Below are positions 54,360 through 64,000 of a DNA stretch of 64,000 nt, piece after piece. Made by a program: the position numbers and the translations under genes. Each line of letters opens with the position of its first letter. Position 1 is the stretch's first letter. The notes below the pieces were generated by a model. It made no database searches. It was given only the letters and a program-made list of their open reading frames with translations, and was not told where the DNA came from. This DNA comes from Harriotta raleighana (taxonomy: Eukaryota), in assembly GCA_050575255.1 (NCBI GenBank), contig JBNZDD010013638.1, positions 1,991,767 through 2,055,766 on the forward strand, written 5' to 3'.

Positions 54360-54812
54360 ATAATAATAATCCTTACACGTCTCAGAGCTTCACAGGATAT
54401 ACTGTAAAATGGATTGCCTGGGTATTTTGTAGACTAAACACGGCAACCAGTTGTGCACAACAGGATCCCATAAACAGCCATGGAGTGAGTGACCAATGGT
54501 TGACATAACGCCCCAGCAGGGCGAAATATTTGGCAAGTTTCCTTACTCCACAAGCCTCTGAAAGTAGGAACCCGGTTGTTTGTCGATTGGCAGATTGCTG
54601 TTCTGGGAATATTAATTGCTTCAAAATAATAAGAAATAGGTCACTCAATCCACAACTGTTTGTGGGACACTGTTGTGTGCCATTGGCTGCCGCGTTTTTC
54701 CCACAAAATGTACAGTCATTACACTTTACAATTTATTCTGTGAAGCCCTTCGAGACGTCTCAAACACATAAGGCTCTATATGAAATGCAAGGATTATTAT
54801 TATTATTATTAT
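54360..54812. mobile_element. Antisense SINE tail (54360-54497) fused to a sense long-variant SINE (54500-54812)
   Basis: Two copies of the SINE 3' half in opposite orientation. Confidence 0.7.
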
Positions 54813-56094
54813 TAGGACTCCAACAAGTGGGAATTCTACTTCAATGCGCTTGGAAGATAATCACAGCAGAGCAATGTTCCCGCAGGTCAGCATGACCGAT
54901 AGTCAGTTGCCATGATGATACCAATATGACCATTATGGTTACCATTTACGATTCTTTATTAACCCAGTCTGGGAATATCACATTTTCATCACAAGTGTTT
55001 AAATTCCTGTTATCTATGGGTTTCAGATAGCTGTTCTCTATATGGGAATCCCATGGTCCTGATCTCTATTGCTACAGATATCAGGGGGTTTATAATGTTC
55101 GACATTTTGGAATTAAAACAAGAACATTGAGATAAAATTTAGAGTCACTTTCTTTTCAGTGGGGCCCCCCTGAAACATACTTTGCAGCTGGACCTAAAAT
55201 TCCTTAGTAATCGTTCAATATGTAGTTTATAGAAATCCAGATGCAAGCATAAGCCCGATCCAAGCATAATATTTCCTGGCAGACTAGCTATGTGCTTTTC
55301 ACAATTCAATTGTAAACTGCTGAATGCATTGCTTTCAAGATAATGAATGCTGCTGCCCATTTCAATGCATTTGAAGCCAGAACATTAGTGCTAATGCAGG
55401 AAGCTGGTTTTAACAATGCTTATCACTCCTAAAATAAATATTTGCATTTTGATATAGAGCTTTATTAAGTCAAAACATGTTGAAATCCTTCACTCAACTT
55501 TAGAAGTGTTGTTATGTTGGCAAATGTGGCAGTTGCTCCATGCCAGCAATATCCCAGAATCAGCAAAGAGATCAATGACCAATCTTTCAGCTGCTTGAGT
55601 AAGAGAGGAAGATTGACTAGATTGGAAAAACTGATTACTCTGTAGCCAAGGGCAGAGTCGACCTCAGTTTAACATCTCATCTAAAATAATCTAAATCACC
55701 TCTAACTGTACTGTATCCCTTCAACATTATAATAAATGTAAGCCTGTATATGGATCTCAAGTCCTGCGAACAGGATTTGAGATCCATATAAAGAACCTAC
55801 AGACTCTGAGAAAGAGAGCCACAATTCCTGAATTGTCATTCAATCCTCCAAATCGGGGTAATAGAAGACTGGTGAGGAAGGGTGAGACATTAAACCATGG
55901 CCCCATTCCCCTATTCTGACATGACATGATTCAAAAATAAGTTATTCCATTATCCTGGCCAATACAACAACAACAACTACAAAATTACATTAGTATAGCG
56001 CCTTTCACATCGGAAGGACGTCCCAAGGTGCTGAATACTTCCCATGTGAAGTGCTGTAGCTATACAAGTGTAATTTTGTTGTTGTTATTGTTGT

Positions 56095-56432
56095 AGTAGT
56101 GCATTGGTTACAGCACTTGCCTCTTCAGCGAGTGGTCCTGGGTTTGATTCCCAGGCGGGACAAACATTAGACAAGTTTCCCAGCAGTAAGTAGGAACATG
56201 GTTGCTAGTCAATTGATGGATCGCTTTTCCGGGGGTAATGATTCCTTTAAAAAACATAATAATTTGGTGACTCAATCCACGGGTGTTTGTGCAATACTGC
56301 TGTGTAGAATTAGCTACTGTGTTTAGCCTACAAAATACACAACCAGTTTACTTTACAGTATATTCTCTGAAGCGCTTTGAGAGTCTCAAAGAGGTGATAA
56401 GGCACTATATAAAATGCAAGAATTATTATTTT
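56095..56432 (+). mobile_element. tRNA-SINE, long CORE-like variant
   Basis: Head ggttacagcacttgcc..gggtttgattccc, cagcagtaagtaggaacatggttgctagtc segment, standard tail. Confidence 0.75.
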
Positions 56433-59159
56433 ATTCTGTGCTCTTTAAGATGTTTCAAATTACCGCTCCATTTCCAACCTTTCTTCCCCAAGGTCCTGGA
56501 ATGTTGTTGCTTCCCTGATTCACTCTTCTGCGACTTTTGAGAATTTTACTTGTTGAGCAGACATCTCTACTTGCCATCAATAACTAATGCCAGGGATTTG
56601 CTCACTTTCACACAGCTGACAGTGTTTGTGTATGCAACTCGAAAAACTGTATGATTAAGGGATCTTCTGAAAAGGGTCTGGGAAGACAGAAGTAAATGCT
56701 TGCTTGAAGCCATAAATACTGTGTGAACGCCTGGACGTTTTTGAGTGCCTGCCTGAAAGGTCCAATTGAGATGAACAATAGATCAACTTTTATGAAACTT
56801 ATGGAAGTTGTTGTTGTTGTTTTAGTAATTTGATTGGTTTTGTCACTATTTGGTTATTGCACACAGATTTTTGTTTGAAAGAGGTAAGTCATGGAGAACT
56901 GCTTCCTCAGTTTCCCAGGCCCTCCAAATAATAGCATTTATTTTAGAGGCCTAAAAGCTCTGAAATGCTCTGCTAAATACTATGTGATACAAGTTGCCAA
57001 TGGCTACAATTAGGATAAAATCAAGGAATTCTAAATAAATGTACAGTTGGGAAAATTGTGATCTTCTTAACATAAATAACCCTTGGGTCTTAGTGCAGAA
57101 TGCGGTTTCAGTGAAATGTGTCACTGGTGTTTGCACTTACTGTGTTACCCACTCAGATTGGCTGTGTTTTTCTTTTAACTTTAACTGGAAAACAAGCAGC
57201 CCTTCAGCTCCCAAATAATCAAAACCATTTGTGATCCAGACTTGATTACCAAGATATCAGATGAAACAGCTGCAGTCGGGGACTGGGGTCATTCTAGGGC
57301 TATTGTGTCTCAACAGAATCAAGATTGGCTTCACATTTGTGATGGTGCCAGATTCAGTTGTGTATTTGTTAAAAAAAAAGAAGGGGCTTCATGGTGGGAC
57401 TTTCGTTGCTGAACACATTTTGGCAAAGGCTTCTTCTGAGACTCCTATTGTTGCACTCTTACTAAGTTGACCATTGGGTACATTAATGGGGCAAAAGGTG
57501 TGTCGTGTCAAGGATGAACTTTTACAAGATTGTTAATGTCTTCTCAGGTTCTATTGGAACAAATTATGGAACTGCCTTTTTTTCTCAATGATGGATTTCA
57601 ATGACAATCTGATGACAGTAGGCCCCAAATCATGCCCCTGGATCAGAAGAGTGTGCATCCAAGCCCCCATTCCTGGCACCTATGATCTTATTGTATTACT
57701 GGTTTGGGGAAAGGGCAGGTAAATGAGATCAAAGATTATTTTTTAAATCTGGTGGGCCAAATGGCCTTTAACTGTGATGTGAAGTTCTATGGTGAAGCTT
57801 GTGGCATATAAGACCCATGTCCAAACATTCCTCTGGCCTAATTATGAACTCCAGGCCCTCCAGCAGTGCAGTGGAGTTGGATAAACAAGGGAATTGGCTG
57901 GTACAATACAAAATTATGCTTGTATAGTGCCTTTCATATCAGGAGGAAGTCCCAAGGGACTGAGCCAAGTAGGTCCACAGTACTCTATTCGAGGCCCTGC
58001 AAGTAGCATACTAGTTATTGCACACAGATTGATCATCCGATTTGAAAGAGAAAAGGAATGATGAGCTGCTTCCTGAGTTTCCCAGGCGCCACAAATAACA
58101 GCATAATTGACCCTAAAGATGAAATGCTCTGCTACATACAATGTGATACCAGTTTCCAATTTTGTAATTAGGATAAGATCAGGAATTCTAACGTTGTAGA
58201 TAACAGCCCAGGCTCATCAGCAGGACTTGGAAGTGCAGACCAGTCACTGGGGGCAAGACTCTTCCCACTCAGCTCCTGTTAATCCTGTGAGCCAAAGCTC
58301 TAAAGGGTAACAAGCAGTGGGACAGCTTGCCAGTTAGTGCTTTCAATGGGACATTGTAGAGTTTTAGCTGATCAGACAGCAGCAGTGTCCCCAAGACATA
58401 CTCGGGAGTTCTCATGGCTCTTGTCAACCTGTACTAATACTCCCTGCAATTTGCTAAGCAGGATGCATCCCTCCAGGGAGAGAATGCGCATTCTGGGAGC
58501 CTACCCTGTGTGAAGGGAGCTATATAAATGCAAATTGTTGTTGTTATTATTCCAATCCAATACACAGGAATTTCCAAGTGTAGGTGGAACTCTCAGTTTG
58601 GTTTGGATGCTCTTAAGCATGAGGGACTAAAGTAAATGGTTGTATGTTTCCATGATATGAGGGAGCACTTTATTTTTTTCCAGAGGTGTTCTTCTTTGGA
58701 AAAGATATTAAGGTTCAAAATCCATAAGATCACAATGAGTTTCAGATAAAGAAAATATTTCATTTGATCTCACACTTCTAGAATATCCACGCTTCTATCC
58801 TTCCATCACAACCAGATCTCACAACTCTTCCTTGATATCCATTCCAGCTGTTAATTATTCACTGGGTAATTAGATCCTGGTGTGTGTCTGTCCTGAAATT
58901 GCCCTTTACATCCCTAAATGTCTTCTGCTGTCTTGGGATATCCGAAAATATTATTCTTGGTTTATTTTCTCAAGTCCACTTAAAATCAAGGTCCCACCTG
59001 CCTGTTCTTAAGGTGGAGTTTAATGATCCCATGATGACAATTGAGAAGAGAGGGGAAATTAATCCTTTACTTAAATTGGCTTTTCATCTTATGGTAGACT
59101 GTTTGGAAGCATTCGTATCTGGTGTATTTACCCACAATATCTACTGTACCTATAATATC

Positions 59160-59790
59160 TCCACCACTGCCTAACCACTCAGGCTGCCGAAACCCTCATC
59201 CATGCATTTGTTAGATCAAGCTTTGAGTATGGAAACTCCCTCCTCATCGGCCTTCAAGGCTTTTTCCTTCACAAGCTGCATCCAGAATCCTGAAGCCCAT
59301 GTCCTCTCCTGCACTAGGCTCTGCGACCCCATCACTCCCATCCTCGCCCAGCTCCAGATAGGATCGAATTAAAGATCCTCATCCTCACTTTCAAGGTCAT
59401 TAACGGCCTTCCCCATTCTTATCTCTCCTACCTGTTGACTCCCTATCAACCTGCCATCCCACTCCTTTCAGCAGGTTCCAGTCTGCTCCATGTCTCCCGC
59501 CTGACCCGCTCTACCATCGGTGGCCAGGCTTTCAGCCTCTCCACCCAAACATTCTGGAATTCCATCCCACAGTTCCTTCTCCTCGCATCCACCCTTGCCC
59601 CCTTCAAGGCCGGTCTCAAGACTCCCCTTTTCAATCGTGCCTTCTGCTGCCCTCCCACCTCTCTCCCTTCCCTCGCCTCCCATCTTCCCTTCCCCTGCTA
59701 CATGCTCAGGTCTCGACCCCTGACTGTTCAGCACCTTGGGACGTCCTCCCAACATGAAAGGCGCTCTATAAATGTAATTTTGTTGTTTGT
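59160..59790 (+). mobile_element. L2 LINE 3' portion
   Basis: GGQAFSLSTQTFWNSIP..FKAGLKTPLF and ggcgctctataaatgtaattttgttg tail. Confidence 0.85.
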
Positions 59791-61644
59791 TGTTCAGTAC
59801 TTTGAGATGTTCCCACATGACAAGGCATCAACTTGGTTGCACAGTGCTATATTCACACCATGTGGCTGCCTCTACCTCCAGAATGACATATTCCAGAGCT
59901 CTTCCTCCCTCCAGCTGTTTTCCCTTAGTGAAAAGAAGAATCTCAATGTAAATTTAATGAGACTCACAAACATTGTTTAATTACCTCAGGTTGATCCCTG
60001 TGGCAAATCATTGGAATAATTGAGGATCTTGTGGTACATCTCACGAAGAAAAGGAAAAAAAGATTTTGACAAATTGTTTTGAAAAACAGTGCATTGAAGC
60101 TAGTCCTTCTGTGAAATAAGTCGATCATTCCGAATTCACTTTTGGAAACATGAGTGGTATCTTCATTCTATGTGAACATGACAGTATCATTGGGTATTCA
60201 CATGCAAAGAATCCACATTTAGAATGAGAGAGTACCTTATTGGATTTAGGTAATGTTATAGTTTTGTCAGATATGAACATTTTAATTTCATTTAAATCTA
60301 CAGCTTTTCTACAGATATTTTCTACAACTTGGAAAGTTTAACTATAATCATCCGTGAAAAAGAAGACTGATTTCAAGAACATAGGTCTTTGAGGCACTGA
60401 CAAGATTGTCTCCTGAAATTCATAGCACAGAAGAAGTCCATTTGACCCATTGTATCTATGCTGGTTCTTTTGAAGAGCAATCATTTCAGTCTCATATACC
60501 TCTTGTTTCCCCTCAGTCCTGTAATTTACATGATGAAGACTACTACAGAATATTGATTCACCAGTACATCTTGAGCTGAATAACAGATAAATTTTGTTTA
60601 AGAAAAATTGGATGTATGTTTCTCCGTTAAAACCGCAGTGAAAATAGATATGTACTGCTGACACTGAAGCAAAAGAAAATGGATAAGCCTGCTCACTGAA
60701 TATGAAGCAAATGAGAAAACATGATTACCTAGTTTTCAACAACAGATACCAGATGCAATGAAGGAATAGAAGAATAATGGGACATTCAGACCTCAGTGTC
60801 ATGACAGAGGTTTATTCTGCACATGCACAATATGAGTTTTTATTCTCTTCAACACTTCAAGCAAATTTGAATGAATCCAAAGCATTAATCCTAATGGATC
60901 AATTTAAATCACTATCGATTCTGAATTTCAGTTGTTGCTCTTCCAAACCTCATTCCGAAACTCAAACAAATGGTACTTTTCTCCTGAATTCCATGTTCTT
61001 TTGAACCATTTTTTTCTCTTCCGATTTGCTCCCTTCCCATTCCTTCTCTCCTGAAGATGTTTAATTCCTCTATTTTCTACCAGTGGAATACAGTTCTTCC
61101 AGCACTTCAATTAAACAGTCCCTTGCTCAAGTTCCCATATTTATAGCTGCAGATGTTGGATTGTCACACTAACCCTAACCTAATTCTGTCCTTACCCACT
61201 GTTCACCTTCCAGCATGGGTCTCTAGATAGTGATCTGCTGTGGGTATCCTAGCCTGATTGTTCCATTTCTAACCCCAAAGGATTTTAAAATTGGGATTTA
61301 ATTTTAGTCTACTGTCTAAACATTGCCTACAAAATGCAGTCACTACCGTTTACAGTACATCTTGTAAAGCGCTTTGAGACGGCTTCCTGTTATTTCAAAT
61401 GGAAGGTTTATTATTATTATTGCAAATTGACGAATATACCAGGCCTTTCATCTTCTCCCTTTTCAAGTTCTACCTGGTCCAAAGATTATATATGCCTCCA
61501 CAAACCGGTTCTTTTTAATATTTGAAACTCTAGAAATATCCTCCGACCTTTGTCTTCTTTTTTCTATTACATATCGTCTTTTGAAGTCTGATCCTCAGGT
61601 CACAATTATTTTGAGTGTTCAGCTATTATAACAATGTCTGCTGT

Positions 61645-62110
61645 GTCAGTCTGGCTCACTGGTAACACTCTCGCTTCTTAGACAGAAGGTTGTCGGTTCA
61701 AGCCATGAGTCAGGACTTGGAATCACATACTCTAAACTGACATGCCAATGAAGTTCTGAGGGGATATTAATTTGTCGGAGGAACTGCCCTTCAGATGAGA
61801 TGTTAAACCGAGCTCCTGTCTGCTTATTCAGGTGGATGTTAAGGATCTTGTGGCACAATTCAAAAATAGAAGAGAGTTTCTCCTCGCCATCAAATCCCTA
61901 GATAAAATCGATTATTCACTCTAAGGTTATTTGAGGGATATTGCTGTGTTCAAACTAAGTTTTGTATCTTGACCACAAAATACACAGTGAATCCATTTTA
62001 CAGTATATACTGTGAAATGTAAATTATACTGTACTGCACATGGTCACCCAGTTATTTGTATAAAGAGCTGTGAGACATACTCCAGATGTGAAAGATGCTA
62101 CACAAATATA
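61645..62110 (+). mobile_element. Near full-length Deu/Nin-domain SINE
   Basis: tRNA head (gtcagtctggctcactggtaacactc..ggttcaagcc), then cttcagatgagatgttaaaccgag..caggtggatgttaaggatcttgtggcac core like AmnSINE1/SacSINE1, then L2 tail. Confidence 0.8.
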
Positions 62111-64000
62111 AATTATACTGTACTGCATTTGGTCACCTTCCCCCTGGCTCTGCATCACACACCACTATCACTAAGCGTTCTGGGATGCCACCCAGTGTGG
62201 AGTACACTATATAAATTCAAGTTGTTGTTGTTATATCAAATGCAAGTATTATTATTAATAATAATAATAATGATTCCCTATTTCATTTGGTTGATAGGTC
62301 TCCAGGCCCCATTCCCCTTGCATCATTCCCTCCCACTGTATTCCTGTTTAAGGCCAATTTTTATGCTCCTTGAAGTACTGTGAAAAATCTCTGCTGTTTC
62401 TGAGAAAGCAGAGAATCTGCTGTGATTCAGTGAGAGGTCATGGCTGGTCTCCTGATTACTCTGAGAGAATGGTTTCATTTGGTTCCTGCTGTTTAATGGG
62501 GTCATGCACAATGTTAATTGAGTAGATATTTGGGGCCATTCCTTCATCAGTTAAGGAGACAGACAAATCCAGATCCAGGCTAACATTTCGTTGAAATAGT
62601 TTATTGAAATAATAATATTGAAATATTTTTATATTTAAATTTAGTGGCATCATTTTGATTATAGTACATAAATTTGACAATTTGCAATTTGCAGCATTCT
62701 GCCTCTGCAACTGTATCCCAGTATCCTTCCAATTCATCCTCTCTTTCCCATAAAAATTATCTCTTTGACCTTGATTTCAATCAGCTTTCCCTCTTACCCT
62801 GGCACTCCCCGCAGTTGCTTTGTGTACAGTCTTTTATGTAAAGTGCTTTGAGACATCATCCTGGTGTGAAAGATGCTACATTAATGTAAATTATACTGTA
62901 CTGCATATTGAAATATTTTAATGTTTCATTGTTGGTGGAATCGTTATAATTATACTGCAGAATAATTTGCAAAACATTTATTCTTTAAAAAAAGTCAATA
63001 TTAAACTTAGAGTAGAATTCTCTATAAACCTGGGATGAGATCTATCACACTCACTGCTGTATCCGACCTGTATTCAGGGTAGAGGGAGGAATGAATAGTT
63101 TACTTTAATGAAACAAATATCCTTGAGAAGCCCTCCCAACCTGAAAGATGCTCTACAAACGTAATTTTGTTGTTACTTGTTGTTGTGAAGTACTGAGGAG
63201 CATTAAACTTACAGTTCACAAAGCTACACTTTAAAAATGTAAGCAAAATGCTGCTTTCTAAAGGGGTTATTTGACTGTAATATCATAATCAAATGTTTGA
63301 CTGTGTTGTGTATTAATGTGCTTCTTCATTCTCTTCTATGATAACACCCTGAACTGTGGTAAAAAAAATTGCTGAGCTATGCTGAAAATGGTACCCTATA
63401 GCTTCCCTTATATGGAGCCACTACCATGACCTGCTGCAGACTGGGTGTAATATTATGGCTGGGAAGGAATGAGCTGCATATTTCCTAGGAATTGTACTGA
63501 TGCATTTTTAGTCCTACACTTAAAATCATGTTTAGATTTGCCTCATCTTGATGGCATTAGAATGAGACTGAAGACTGAAGCTATATATTGAAAGAGCTTG
63601 TTTAATGCCATGGAATTTCAGGCCACTAAGGATGTAATAGAGGGAGCTTTATTACAGTTAGCAGAGGAGCTCAAACTTTGATAAAATAAACCCCATTTGA
63701 AGATTTGTGGGATAACGTGAGCCCTAAATTAGCCCAATAACACATTGTGGAACAGAGATACTCAAGGCTATTAGCATGTCAGACACAAGAACCACTTGTC
63801 CTTCAGTTACAGTGACAAATATTTTTCCCTAATCCAAATTCAATCGAACAATTCACATTGAAGTGACTGCTTTTTATTGATGTTGCCTGTAAAGCAAATT
63901 ACTGTAGATTGTTTTGTGTACATAACAATTTTTGTTTTGTTCAAAATGATTCCGATTTTTTAAAGTACTTTGAGATATTCATTTAAATGGAAGGTGCATT

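Noticed and set aside
61170-61183. Telomere-like taaccctaaccta
   Set aside because: Only two units; expected by chance.
62010-62910. Thrice-repeated aaatgtaaattatactgtactgca as a regular array
   Set aside because: Irregular spacing; these appear to be retroposon 3' tails and a local duplication, not a CRISPR-like array.
21000-64000. A neighbouring protein-coding gene
   Set aside because: All ORFs are TE-derived, low complexity or featureless. Small exons cannot be excluded.

Overview
Vertebrate genomic DNA, most likely a cartilaginous fish. This is inferred from the L2/CR1 LINEs, Deu- and CORE-like tRNA-SINEs and palindromic Penelope-type ends, and cannot be proven from the sequence alone. 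The only protein-coding gene I can support is a fibrillin of the FBN2/FBN3 clade on the minus strand. Five coding exons (20332-20154, 17938-17856, 15428-15330, 13616-13521, 11191-11096) splice in frame through GT-AG junctions. They give a signal peptide, an RVRRR furin site, the N-terminal 4-Cys domain and EGF1-3, and the gene continues off the left edge. The ~43 kb to the right is upstream, repeat-rich DNA with no recognisable exon. Most notable observations: two foldback elements in fibrillin introns carrying decayed minimal hammerhead-ribozyme cores, an unclassified ~450 bp repeat family with at least 9 copies, a TA-flanked MITE nested in a SINE, a 52 bp locally templated insertion, and two duplications around single Ns that look like assembly artefacts. 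Repeat boundaries are by eye (about +/-20 bp).
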